A stretch of DNA of 63,721 nt, counting the filler, from Aduncisulcus paluster (lineage: Eukaryota), in assembly GCA_024181965.1 (NCBI GenBank). It is 11 parts of 11 records of this genome, joined end to end, with 100 filler letters (N's around TTAATTAATTAA, not from the genome) between each part and the next. Parts side by side here need not be neighbours in the genome. Positions count along the whole stretch, not along the records: positions 2,323 to 18,618 come from BQXS01011612.1; positions 18,719 to 20,817 come from BQXS01011613.1; positions 20,918 to 24,802 come from BQXS01011614.1; 8 more parts are not named here. One strand, 5' to 3'. The notes below the pieces were generated by a model. That model made no database searches. It was given only the letters and a program-made list of their open reading frames with translations, and had not been told where the DNA came from. Below, piece after piece: positions 10,302 to 22,816 of this stretch (position 1 is the first letter of the stretch; every line of letters begins with the position of its first letter). The translations under genes were made by a program, and so were the position numbers.

Positions 10302-12203
10302 TCACACTCCCATGTCCAGAACGATATCACACAAATCGAGGAGAGTTTTCATCTTAACTTTTCCATCATCAATCCGGCAATCTTCGATGACAGTTTCTGT
10401 TTGCTCTCTGTGGGCTCGAGAAGAGCGAATAATCTCGAGAAAAGCTGATTGGATCGAATCACTATCAGGATGCGGTGCGAAAAGATCCAATTCATCTCTT
10501 TTAGCCTTTTCAACAACACTCACACGCCGGGTAGCTCGTTTTACAGCTTCCAAAGGGGAGTAACTTGTCATTCTCGGTGAACGTGAAGAAGTGAACTGAT
10601 TATCATTTCCGGCATACTCCTCATTGGGAACAAGGGAAGATATAGTCATAATAGAATATGGGAACTGGTGTCTTGGAGAAGAAGGCGAGGAAGAGGAGGA
10701 AGAGGAACTTGAAGCAGATGAATTTGAGTTACCCTTGAATATGCTTGAGCTCGCAGCAGAGGAAGAGGAAGAGGAAGAGGAAGCGACATAAGCAGATGAA
10801 CTTGTTATGTGACTACTTCGAGATGGAGCCTTTGAATATGAGAGATCTTTAGGTCTTTCTGATCCAAGTTTGAAAGGTTTGGGCACAGTGGCTTGACCTC
10901 TTCTTTGAGGCTTGGAGGAAGAGAATGCCGGAACACGGCTATTCCGATGTTGATGCGACTCTCTTTGTTGCAATAATGAAGATTGATGTTTGATAGATTC
11001 TAAACGTTTTGATGTTGAATTATCCTTGGAGACTCCTGTCGATGGTTTGACTCCCTGACCCTTTCGAGCCATTATTGTTGATATATTTGATGATTGAGAT
11101 GCTTGAGATGCTTGACTTATTGAGGAATGAAGCGGGGACTTCTTCTTTCCCATGATTGAAACCCTTGAATGGCTAGGATTGCCGGAAGAGATAGGATTGT
11201 TGGAAGAATGGCCACGAGGTTTGATTCTTGAAGAAATGGACGATTGGGCCTTATTAGTTTTCTCAGAACGTTCTATTTTAAGTGGCTCAAGTTTCTTAGC
11301 CTGCGATTTTGTTTGAGTTCTTTTTTGTTGAATTTGATGATAAGTTGCACGACCCTGTTGAGTCCTCCTCCTCTTTTCCATAGCTTCCAATTTCTTTTGT
11401 TTCATTTTCTCCCATTCGGAGGATGAAATGGCATGTTGTTCTTCAAAGATATGGATAATTTCATATCCTCTTTGCCTCTTTTCTTCTTCTTCCTCCTCTT
11501 CTTTCTTCAAACTATCTTGTTCAATAATATCACCTTCTTCTCTAAGTTCTTCAATAACACTTCTCAATTCGTGCGGAGAGTACACTCTTCGAGATAAAGC
11601 CATTGTTCCGGCTTTCTCAAGTACGTCATCATCATCAGTGACCAATCCATCCATTGTAGGCACCGACGGCGTTTGTTCAAGAGTATTAGGTGGAATATCA
11701 TAAATTTCTTCTGGAATAGGGAGAAGAATTCTTTTATCTAATTCATCGGGATCAATAGCATCATTCCCAATTGTTTCTTTCGAGGAAATCTGCTCCTGAG
11801 AAGAAATGCCACACACAGATGAAGCAGTTTCCATGAGATCATCATCATCTGAGATACTTTGAAGACTATCATCATCATGAACAGAAACATGTTTCAACCC
11901 TGGGGACGATTTCAACTCATCAATTGATATAGGGTGGTCAATTTCTCTAGCTGTTGTAAATTTATCAAAGTCATCTTGTGGAAATGTACTATTATTACTA
12001 TCTAGTTCGCTGGGACTCAATTTAAGAATAGATTGAAGATGGGGGATAGAGGTGTCTTTTGTAATGTCTAATGGCGGATCTTGTTTAATTTCTTTATCTT
12101 TTTTTGTTGTTTTATCGTGTGCTATGGCTTCCTTGGAAGTTGGAACGTCTAATTTCTGTTCAGGGGAGTCTGACGATGAAACACTCCAAAAACTTTCATT
12201 CAT
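10302..12203 (-). CDS. Low-complexity hypothetical protein (633 aa); acidic N-half, basic Ser-rich C-half
   Basis: Complete ORF. ATVPKPFKL resembles the TxPxPFxL motif of TPX2/FAM161-type microtubule binders (weak). Confidence 0.8.
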   Translation of the reverse strand: MNESFWSVSSSDSPEQKLDVPTSKEAIAHDKTTKKDKEIKQDPPLDITKDTSIPHLQSILKLSPSELDSNNSTFPQDDFDKFTTAREIDHPISIDELKSSPGLKHVSVHDDDSLQSISDDDDLMETASSVCGISSQEQISSKETIGNDAIDPDELDKRILLPIPEEIYDIPPNTLEQTPSVPTMDGLVTDDDDVLEKAGTMALSRRVYSPHELRSVIEELREEGDIIEQDSLKKEEEEEEEKRQRGYEIIHIFEEQHAISSSEWEKMKQKKLEAMEKRRRTQQGRATYHQIQQKRTQTKSQAKKLEPLKIERSEKTNKAQSSISSRIKPRGHSSNNPISSGNPSHSRVSIMGKKKSPLHSSISQASQASQSSNISTIMARKGQGVKPSTGVSKDNSTSKRLESIKHQSSLLQQRESHQHRNSRVPAFSSSKPQRRGQATVPKPFKLGSERPKDLSYSKAPSRSSHITSSSAYVASSSSSSSSAASSSIFKGNSNSSASSSSSSSSSPSSPRHQFPYSIMTISSLVPNEEYAGNDNQFTSSRSPRMTSYSPLEAVKRATRRVSVVEKAKRDELDLFAPHPDSDSIQSAFLEIIRSSRAHREQTETVIEDCRIDDGKVKMKTLLDLCDIVLDMGV

Positions 12204-12597
12204 TGGATTAATATACTAGAATAAAGGAAGAATATACCTTATAATTAATGTTAAAAATTTCTAGGGGTTACAAAATACGCATTTTTACTTTTTATCCTCT
12301 TTATCGTTAATTCATCAAGATATTTCAGTAGTTATCAAGTTAAATACATTCTATAATTGTTATATTTTAGATATAAATTAGCCAACTACCCTCAACCTTC
12401 TCCCGACGAAAATTTTTGTTCAGCCGTCAAAACAATAACTAAACATAAGTTTATCGGCTAATTTATTATTAAAATATGAGATTATGCTAAAATTTTATGT
12501 TACAATTTTTCTAACACTATTGCAAGGAAACTTACTCAGGTTGAACTTGAAATTTTTCGACATGTTCACATTTCCTTGACTAACAAAGCTATTTCAA

Positions 12598-15500
12598 ATG
12601 CCACCTCGTCAAGCTGATGGTGGCGATGAAGAGGTGTTATTTTCAGATCCTCGTGTTGATTGGATGCGTGATCGCTTCTGTCCTTCTTGTCGAATCAAAC
12701 CCGAGAAGTGGAAGAACATTTTAAGAAATGAAGAATATTTACAAACTGTTTTGACATTTTTAGAAACACCTGATACTAAACTTTTGCTCTTCACAATAGA
12801 CGCTGGTGACGATGTAACTCCAATGATTCGTTTCCCCGCTTCTTTAAAGAAGAAGGGTATGTACTTTGTAAAAAGGCCTGAATTCCCAAATATCATTGCT
12901 CCTAAAACAGAAGATGATACTTGTTTAGACAAACAATTGGTATATGGTGATATTTCGGCTCAACCCCTACACCAACTCACTTTGATGGTGCAAGAAATCT
13001 ATCTTCCCATCTTACAATCCGAAAGAGAAGAAGAAAACTGGCCAGAAGCCACTGCAAATGATGTAATTAATAACGCCGAACGGTTTTCTTCAAGATTATA
13101 TGTTACACTTGGTAAGACTGAGGGTCGTACTCTTCTGCCCATTCCTCGTGGATGGAAAGAAGCTGTTGACACTGCCTCTCGTTCTGAAGCCGGAGATATC
13201 CTTTCCCATGGCGATAAAGAAGTTGTCCATGCCATGGAAAGTGCTGCCATTGAATGGGTTCGCCAAATCAAGAGTATCACAACATCTGACCCCGAAGGAG
13301 CTCTTGCTGCTCGTGTAGCTGCCGAAACTGCTGGTAGCGCTGAGAGAGAAGACGATGCTGAACAACGTCGCCTTGAACATCCCGGTCCAGGTTTCGAGAT
13401 CGATTTCTGGGAGAAAAAAGCTGATAATTTACGTGCAATCAAAGAACAGCTCGCCTCTGAGAAGGTTCAAGCTGTTTCTGGCGTTTTGCGCCAAGTTAAA
13501 TCTTCCTATTACCCCTCCTTTGAACGTACTGTCCAAGATGTTGAAAATGCTCTTATTCAAGCCAGTAGCAACGCTGTATTTTTGTCTCCCCTTCGAGCTG
13601 TTCTTGCTCAAGTTGAGGAATGTGAAGAGTTCGCTGACTTGAAAAAGGCCTACCGTCGTGTTTTGCACACTGTGTACCTTATATGGCGTCATGCTCCTTA
13701 CTATAAATCTCAGAAACGCCTTACTTTCCTCTTTAGATCCGTCTGTGATGGTCTTATTGAGCAGGCCCGTGAGATGGTTGATCCCTCCGGTATCTTGCGT
13801 ATGGATCCTGCTGAAGGAGTTGAACAAGTTACCTTGGCCATTAAATTGTGCACTTCTTTCAAGGATCTCTACGCTGAATACGAGAAACGTGTCGGTTCTG
13901 ATGTCACTGAGATTCAGAGTGACGTTGCTGCTGGAGCTGCCATGCCCGAGATGGAACCAGAGTCCGCAGAGGGTCAAGCTAAGAGGCAAAAGTTCTTTGA
14001 TGAATACCAAAGCCCCGCTGAAGGTGCTAAGGTGTCAAATCCTCTCCCTCTTCTGATTCACGGTAACTGGCCTGCCTACCAACTCTTGTTCAGACGTTTT
14101 GATGGTTTCATTGAGCGTGTCCAGGACATTCTCCGTCTTTTGGCCTCCTTTGTCGAGCTTGAAAAGCTTCAGAAGCTCGAGATTGGTGGAAACAAAGGAA
14201 AACTCCTCAGTGCTCAAGTTCAACAAATATACACCGAGGCTGTTGCTGCCATTGATCTCTTCCAGCAGAAACAATATGATCCCACAGACCACACTAACCG
14301 TAGCTTTGACGCTGATTTCAGGAAGTTCATGCGTCTAATGAGTGATTGGGAACGCCGTCTGGGAAGTGTCTTCGAGACTGCCTTTGATGACACTGCTTCA
14401 TTACAATCTCGTTACAAACTCCTCAAGGTCTTCCAGGGTATCCTTGCTCACGATTCCATGCTCACGATCGTTGAACAAAAGGTGATGGCCACTATGATAG
14501 AACTTGGTGCTGAATTGGAATACATCCACGATGAATTCGTTGCCAACAGTGCCACTCCTAAACTCCAGCCTAACATGCCTATCGTTGCCGGTAAGCTTCA
14601 ATGGGCTAAAGGTTTACTCACTCGTGTTAAAGAACCCCTTGAATATCTTCGTCAGTTAGCCGAGGACTGCAATGTCTTCGAGACCGAAGAGGTACAGGTT
14701 GTCATGGTTAAATATGGAAAACTTCAATCAATGATCCAACTGTACATTGAAAATGTCCACACTTCATGGAGTTCTGAGAATGACACTGAAGCCTCTGAGA
14801 AACTTCGTGATAACTTACTTCAACGTGATCCCACCGATAAGATGATCCGTGTAAACTTTGACCCTGGATTGATTGCTCTTTTGAAGGAAACAAAATGGTC
14901 TCTTGACATGAAGTTTGGTGTTCCCAAGGGTGTCCTGAAGATCCATGAGAAGGCTGATGAGTTTAGAAAAGTCCGTTGTACTCTTGATCTTGTTACTACC
15001 TGGTACAATCATGTATACTCTTCCCTTTCCCAAGTGGAAAGACCTCTATTTGCCGAAGAACTTGCCTCTGTTGACAAGCAACTGGAGAAAGGTCTGTGTG
15101 ATTTGAACTGGAACTCCCACGGCATTGAGTCATTCTGTACATCTATCTCTGTCAGTGTCAAGGCTATGCACACCAGGTGCTGTGTAATGCACGACAACGA
15201 GGAAAGAATTAAGGGAATGATGGAAGAATGGGCTAAACTTCCCATGTGGACCCGTGAAACCAAGAGATCTCTTGACCTCAAGGCATGCACCTCTATTATC
15301 GAGGCTAAGCTTGCCAAGATCCATGAGCAATGTGATGAGATCAATCATTTGGTTGTCGAGACCGCCACTGCTCTTGGAGTTGGGACAGGTGAGGGTCCTC
15401 AATGGCGTTCTTACCTCGAATACATGAACACTGTGATTGTGAATGGACTTGGAACCGTTGTAACTTCCTCAGTGCAGCACTTAATTTCTCTCATGAGTGC

Positions 15501-18500
15501 CAAGAAACACCCCATTCCCCTTGTTAAAGTTAATATGCTCCTTGAGGCCAATGATCTTGTCTTCTCTCCTGACATGGACGGAAGAGAGGGAGCTCTCGAC
15601 AAAGTCATGCTCAAGGCAATCGATACAATGGTTCAGATTGCTGGTGGAATTGTCAGGCTTGATGGCGAGTACCACCTCGCTGCCGTTTCTGATTGGAGAG
15701 ATAAACATAAACCTGCCGCTACCACCGGTACCACTGATGTTATAGCCACAGGTGAAGAGAAAGAGGAGGAAGATGTTGTCGCTGCCTCTGCCGGAGTCGA
15801 TGGTGAAGAGGTCCCTGCTACATCTTCCCCCGAGATGCCCACCACTGTACTTTCTCCAAGGGCTGCCCCTCTCTCCCTCCCATCTCCTTCACAACTGTGC
15901 TGTGTGTACAGCGATTCTGGAGTCCGTCGTTCACCTGATGGTGGTTACATTGAGCAGGTCGAGGCCTTCCCTGAACTCTTACGTCTCAAGGAGAAGCTTA
16001 TCAAGCTCATCTCTGTTAAGATGGACCATGTACGCGATATTAGGAAAGAATTTGACGAGTACACATACTTGTGGAGCTATTCTATGGACGAGTATCTCAA
16101 ACGTTTCCTTATTCACGGTAAGATTGCCACTCCCCAGGGTAAGTCTGAAGCTCGTGCTGCCGCCAAGAAGAGCTACGAGGCTGTTCCTCCCACTCTTTCT
16201 GACTTCGATGAAGTTATCCAACGCTTCAAGAAGCTTGAGGAAGGTGTCAGTAACAAACAACAAGAATTCATATTTGAATGGGTTCATGTCTCTGTCTCCC
16301 CCGTTAAACAAGCCCTTGCAACCCTTATTAGCAAATGGGCGTACACTTTCACTCACCATCTGCAGCAGGACATTACGACCAAACTTTCTGAGTTCAAGAA
16401 GTTCATGAAGGAGGTTACCCAAGTCCTTGCCAATGAACCCACTGATGGAGATTACGATGGATTGGTCGGCTGTTTGAGGAGTATGTACGAAGTCAGACAG
16501 AGGACTGAAGAGGCCGAGAAGATGTGGGATCCTCTTATAGAGAGCACAATCCTTCTCAAGAAGCATGGACTTGAGGTCGAGCAATCACTTCTTGACGATC
16601 TTGACGACCTTCCCCTTGTGTGGGCTCGTACAAAGCGTATGGCCTATGCCTCCAAGGAGAAGCTTGCTGATCCTCAACAAGCCGAGGTTAGGAAGATCCG
16701 TGATCTCGAAACTCAATATGATGACGATTTGCTCAGTTTCAAGGATGATTTCAGAGCCAATGGTCCATTCAAGTTCTCTATTGGAATGGGAGATGCATAT
16801 GATATCATTGACAAATACCACGTTCTCCTGAACGGAATGTGTGATCGTGCTCAATCTCTTCAAGAGAAGGAGCGTCTGTTTGAGCTCACTGTTCAGACTT
16901 ATGGTCTCCTTCCCGACATGAAGAGAGAATTGCTTCTCATGAAGAGTGTTTGGGATGTCGTTTCTCTTGTGGAGACCCAGTTATCCGAGTGGAAGAAGAC
17001 TCTCTGGACTGCTATTGACATTGAATTCATGGAGAGTGAATGTAAAAAGTTCAACAAGGTTGTTAGAGGCATTGACCGTAGTGCTCGTGCCTTCGATGTC
17101 TTCCATGGACTTGACAGCATGCTTAAGAACTTTTTGGCCTCTCTTCCTCTTGTTGCCGATCTTAAATCTCCCTCTATGAGAGACAGACATTGGAAACAGC
17201 TCATGAAGGCCACTGGTGTTCAGATCACTCTTGGTGCAGAGTTTAAGTTGGCCGATTTGCTTGCCTTGAACCTTCATAACTTTGCTGAAGATGTCGAGAC
17301 TATCGTTGGACGTGCTAGCAAAGAGCTGCAGATGGAGAAGAGTATGCAACAGCTTGACAAGACCTGGTCTGAGCTTAAGCTTGAGTACTCTATGTATAAA
17401 GATGGAACTACTCCCTTGCTTTCTGTTCCTGAGGAACTTGTTGAGACCCTCGAAGACAATCAGATGACCGTGCAAGGTATGGCTGCCTCCAAATTCGTCG
17501 CGTTCTTCCTCGATCAAGTCACAAAGTGGCAGTTCAATTTAGGATCTGTTGATACCGTTATCAATCTTTGGATGGAAGTTCAGACAACGTGGACACATTT
17601 GGAGCCTATCTTTATCGGTTCTGCTGATATCCGTTCACAGCTTCCTGACGATAGTGCTCGTTTTGACTACATTGATGAGGTATGGAAGAGAACCATGCGT
17701 GAAATGCAACATATTACCAACGTTATCAAGGCTTGTACCAAGGAAGGACTGTTGAAGACTTTCGAAAACCTTCAGGATGAGCTCAGTAAGTGTGAGAAGG
17801 CCTTGGCTGATTACCTTGATACAAAGAGGCGTGCTTTCCCTCGTTTCTACTTCGTTTCTGCCACTGATTTGCTTGATATCCTTTCTAAGGGTCAACAGCC
17901 TCATCTTGTCGAGGTTCATATGTCTAAGTTGTTCGATAACGTCAACAAGCTTGAATGGGAGGTCGATCCTTCCGGTGCCACAGATGAAAGTGGGAAGCCC
18001 AAGAAGACAAGCACCGCCATTGGATGTTACAGTCGTGAAGGCGAATACATTACCTTCTCCGAGCCATGTGAGTGTGTTGGTGCTGTCGAGGTCTGGTTGA
18101 ATAGATTATTGGATACCATTAGGTTATCTCTGAGAAATATCCTCGAGCATGCCGTTGTGACTTACCCTGATAGCGACCGTAGAACCTGGATCATGAACAA
18201 TGCTGCTCAGATCGCCCTTGGTGGTTGTCAGATCTGGTGGTCAAATGAGGTCAGTGGTGCCTTTGAACGTATGGAAGTTGGAGATGAAGGAGCGATGAAA
18301 GAATACTACAAGAAACAGAATGACAATCTTGAACAGCTTGTTATTACAATTCAAGGTGATTTGACCAAGATGGAACGTACCAAGATTATGACAATCTGTA
18401 CAATCGAAGTGCATGCCAAGGATGTTGTCGGAGGTTTGGTTAAGAACAGAGTTGAGAGTGCCAATGAGTTCCAGTGGCAATCTCAGTTGAGACTTCGTTG

Positions 18501-18618
18501 GGATGATACTGACAGGGATTGTTTCATTAATATTTGTGATGCCCAATTCCAATACCAATACGAGTACCTTGGTAACAGAGATCGTCTGGTTATTACTCCC
18601 CTGACTGATAGATGTTAC
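12598..18618 (+). CDS. ODA4: Axonemal outer-arm dynein heavy chain, beta type (ODA4/DNAH9/11/17-like), 3'-truncated at the start of AAA1
   Basis: DHC tail and linker motifs EIDFW, NMPIVAGKLQW, VNFDP, MRDRHWKQL, AFPRFYFVSATDLLDILS, FQWQSQLR and YEYLGNRDRLVITPLTDRCY; over 2000 codons without an intron. Confidence 0.95.
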
Positions 18619-18719
18619 NNNNNNNNNNNNNNNNNNNNNNNNNNNNNNNNNNNNNNNNNNNNTTAATTAATTAANNNNNNNNNNNNNNNNNNNNNNNNNN
18701 NNNNNNNNNNNNNNNNNNT

Positions 18720-20817
18720 CTGAGAGTTGAACGAGAAGAAATGGAAGAAATGGAAGAAGAAGAAGAAGGAGCTAAAACTGCTGAATCTAGAGTGAATTCC
18801 ATTACAAAGACATTGTTCAGCATTCTCAGTATCTCGACAGATATTGTTGATCCCCTTTGTACAATAGTTTGTCCTAAAATCTCCACTCTTCTCTCCAAGA
18901 TGTTTATTCTCGGCCTATCTGAGAAACTTGAGGATTCTTTTGTTGAGGATATCCTCCAGACATGTAGGAATATTGCATTCTCTGAAGACGATCCCACCAA
19001 GAACTCCCTTTTATCCATTCTTCTCCCCCATATCTTGCCATGGATGAAGAAGTATCCTGATAAGAAGTTCTTTTTCTTGTGGATGAATATCTTGAAGAAC
19101 ATCACAAATGATAAGAGTAACATCGACTATGATAAATCTCGTTCTTCACAACTTTGGTTTGTCTTCCACCCTGTCTTGGCTATTATCAAGGACACTGCTT
19201 CCAAAGGTATTACATTTGATGATGATGCTGTAATTTGTTGTTTATTATTCTTTGGTAACTTGAGTTGTATTCCTTCCCAAGCCATTGAAGTTCATGCTTG
19301 CATTAAAGATGGTCTTATTGATAGCTGGTTTGAGATGATAGAGAAGAAGAGTGAAGAAGGGAAAGATGATGGTAATTGGGGAACCATTTACTGGTCCAAA
19401 CTCATTTCCATGCTATCCACTGTTCCATCTCTTGTCCCTCAACTCTCTCCCAAATATGATGCCAACATGGAGTGGTTCAAGAAGAATGGAGGATTGCGTA
19501 ATGATTATGCAAGATATTTTGGTAATTGTTATCCTTCTCTGAAGAAATGGTCTGAATTAGTTAAAACTATTAAGAAATGTCCTGACTCAGAATCATCTTT
19601 AATTCTCTACCATAAACATCGAGAAGATATTCTTTCTGTCTTCCTTGCATCCCAATCAAAGAGTGAGATTGAAGAGCACAAGAGAGAGATTATTCTTTGT
19701 GTTGGGTGTTTAGATCGGTTTGTGAGACATGATGTTGCTGGAAGGAGTATCTGTCTCCCAATACCCGATTTCAACAATCTCATTGACACTTTCATTGATC
19801 ATCTATCAAGAATTGAGGAACTATTGGAAGAAGATGTTTGTGAAGTGTATTGTAGCATTTGTGCGAACTATTCTTTCGAAGTTGAAGATAAATTGGATTC
19901 TTTCCTTCTCAAGATCCTTTCCACTTTCCATCGAATTCTTGAGAGAGGAAGCAAGAAGAAGTTGTATGATAGTATTGTTCTAAATTCATTGATAACTCTC
20001 AAAAACATCTCTATTTCTCCCTCTACTTCCACTCGATCCTCTATTCTCACCCTTATAATACCATTTGTCAAAGATTGGTTGAGGATATACAATGATAGTG
20101 AATACTATGGACAATGGATGAATATTCTATCATTTGGCACCAGCTCAAGTGATGGTAAACCCCCCAACAAATCCCTTTGTTCTGAAGTTTGGCCCCTTTT
20201 CCACCCTGTTCTTGATCTTGTTAAGAGAGAGTTTGTTGGGGACAAGATTATTGAGGATGAACATGAAGAATGTTTGCGATTCTTCTCTAACTTGTGTTGT
20301 GATCCTTCACATGCTCTTGTAATCTATGACAATATTAAGCATCTTCTTGATGGGTGGTTTGAAGTTATGAAACAACATGAATGGGGAATCATATACTGGT
20401 CTAAACTCATTTCCATGCTCTCCACTGTCCCATCAATAATTCCTCATCTATCTCCCAAATATGATGCCAACATGCTACGGTGCAAAGAAGAATGGTATTG
20501 TCCAACTCAAATCTATAACCAATACCTTTCCAACATTTCCTCCTTCGTATCTTCTTCTTATCTCTCTTCAACTCTTTTCCATTCCGTTCCAATGGTTTCA
20601 TTTCTCCCATCAATTGAGACATCTTTGTGTCCTGAGAAAGATGGATATTCATACGCTTCCCATGTATGTTCTGTTATGAATCTGCATAAAACTCCCGATC
20701 CTCCTCAATATCAAGAAGACAAAATCTCTTGCTATCATGATATTATCAGTGGAAAAGAAATGCAAATCCAACATGTTCTTAAACGTGATGGATCGAGTTC
20801 TCAAGATATCCTCACAC
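18720..20817 (+). CDS. Helical (ARM-like) internally repeated hypothetical protein, fragment open at both ends
   Basis: ~700 open codons; two copies of WMNIL...FHPVL...FF.NL.C.PS.A...WF...YWSKLISMLSTVPS..P.LSPKYDANM about 345 aa apart. Confidence 0.85.
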
Positions 20818-20917
20818 NNNNNNNNNNNNNNNNNNNNNNNNNNNNNNNNNNNNNNNNNNNNTTAATTAATTAANNNNNNNNNNNNNNNNNNNNNNNNNNN
20901 NNNNNNNNNNNNNNNNN

Positions 20918-21580
20918 CGCCTTTTGAGTCTGAAGTTCTGTTATTGTATCTTCGAGTCTCTTACGCTGAGCTCTTTCATAATCCAATTCTTTCTGTAAAA
21001 ATGATGTTTTACCGACCTGAAGATCCAGATCTTTTGAGAGTTGTATCACTTTCATGGCAAATTCATCATGAGTGCTGGAAGTATGTTTTGTAGAGTGTGA
21101 AATGGTCAATCTAAGCCTTTTGTTTTCTTCAGCAAGTTTATCGTGTGCTAATTGCATATCGGCTAGTTCTTTCTGAACTTTGGGCAAGGAGTGTTGAGCA
21201 TGGGCCAATTCAATACTCTGATTCATAGATTTTTGATCAATCAGTTGGCGACGAAGATCGGAGATGATCGATTCAGCTTTAGATAATTGATCTTTAACGC
21301 GTGAAGTCTCCTTTGAAATCAAAACAGATTCGGAATCTTTCTTCTTTAACTCCCTTTCATAAAGATCATGCGCTTTAACCAACTCAGCCTCGGCACGATT
21401 AGCACGAGCTGATTCTTTCTCCAATATTTGTCTTACCTTCAATAGTTGTTTGTGATTCATATTCTTCTGGTCAAAAACCCTTCCTAAATCTGGATTTTCG
21501 CACAAAATCCCACTTTTTCGGGGATGTTTGGGAGGCTGTTTGACAGCGATCTTTTTTTTAAATTTGAAACTCCAATCCAT
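20918..21580 (-). CDS. Coiled-coil hypothetical protein, 3'-truncated
   Basis: ATG at 21580; heptad-rich; runs into the linker. Confidence 0.8.
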
Positions 21581-21907
21581 TTTTGTCCTTCTCTTAAAAC
21601 AATCTTTGATTTGGTGATCTTTTTTTTTTACCTTGAGATTACGAGTGAACAGATTTTTATTTTGGTTCGTCTCTATATGCTTTATTCACAAATTGGAAAT
21701 GCTAACAATATATAAATAAGGGAAATATAGATATTTACAAACAATATCCTGGAAAAATTTGGAAAAACTGCACTCAGTTTTCCGATAAAAAATTTAGTCC
21801 CATTTCCTGTGCCTATTCTAGGTTAATAATATATTCAACGAATTATTAAACAAATATTTAAATAAGGATTCAAAATATATTGATTTGTTCTATTAATTAT
21901 CTTAAAT

Positions 21908-22816
21908 ATGTATTCTTCGACAATTGAAAATCCTGATATCGAATCCAATTACTTTGAGGAAGAGAAGGAAGCCCCCGAATCTCCTGATGTTAAAACCGCT
22001 GAATTACTTCAATCAATTAGTGAAATGACAGTTGCTACGGCTGAAAAGGAAGGGTTATACATTGGAAAATTCGTGAAGAAAGGCGCTGAGCCTGGTTTCG
22101 AGACCGTTGGTGAAACAGATCCTCCTTTTCCCCTCGATGATTCAAAGGTGTCAAAAATGAGGAGCGCCAATCCGTTTGCCGCTGAAATTCCACCTGACCT
22201 TATCAGTTGCGATGATTTCCTCGCTGGAAAGGCCGGAGCTTGGTTTAAGGAGCTTGATGTCGAATTCACTGATCCTAGACCCATTCAACAAGTGTATTTG
22301 TGTTCCTATGGTGATTCCAAACAACCTAAGGTCATGTCCTTCCAGTTCTGGTTGGAAGGCGAAGAAACCCCCGAAGAGCGCAGATGTTACATTCCCGAGA
22401 TGAAACAGGGTCATCACGAGTGGTATTCCCTAACTGTTGATGTCGGATGTGTCGAGAGGTGTCGTATTTTCCTAGAAGGAACCTGGGGAGGTTGGGGATA
22501 TTGTCGGTTGTGTGGAATTCAGTTTATTGTGGATGAGGAAAGAGAGGAGGAGATTCGTAGGAAAGAGATGGAGAGGAAAAAGAAAGACGAAGAAGAGGAA
22601 AGAATTCGTCAAGAGAAGAGGGATGCGTTGTTATATCAAATTGAACCATTCTTGGCAGAAATGGAGCAAAGAACAATAGCCAGAATGAGATGTGTGGCTG
22701 AAGATGAACATGCATTCTTCAGAAGAGAGCTAAAAAGACACCAAAAGCTCATCGATGAGCAAGCATTTGAAATTAAGTTATTAAAGGCACAACTTATGTC
22801 CTCAAACTATGAATAA
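21908..22816 (+). CDS. Hypothetical protein with possible APC10/DOC- or galactose-binding-like beta-sandwich and C-terminal coiled coil
   Basis: Complete 302-aa ORF. ELDVEFTDPRPIQQVYLCS...PKVMSFQF...WYSLTVD...CRIFLEGTW...CRLCGIQF follows the jelly-roll strand pattern. Confidence 0.75.
   Translation: MYSSTIENPDIESNYFEEEKEAPESPDVKTAELLQSISEMTVATAEKEGLYIGKFVKKGAEPGFETVGETDPPFPLDDSKVSKMRSANPFAAEIPPDLISCDDFLAGKAGAWFKELDVEFTDPRPIQQVYLCSYGDSKQPKVMSFQFWLEGEETPEERRCYIPEMKQGHHEWYSLTVDVGCVERCRIFLEGTWGGWGYCRLCGIQFIVDEEREEEIRRKEMERKKKDEEEERIRQEKRDALLYQIEPFLAEMEQRTIARMRCVAEDEHAFFRRELKRHQKLIDEQAFEIKLLKAQLMSSNYE

Noticed and set aside
15847..15911. GT...CAG segment in the dynein insertion as an intron
   Set aside because: It is 65 nt, so removal would break the frame, and it lacks the AT richness and GTATGT donor of the other introns.
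12609..18558. Numerous antisense and alternate-frame ORFs within dynein (and similarly within the giant protein)
   Set aside because: Shadow ORFs caused by codon bias; no motifs.
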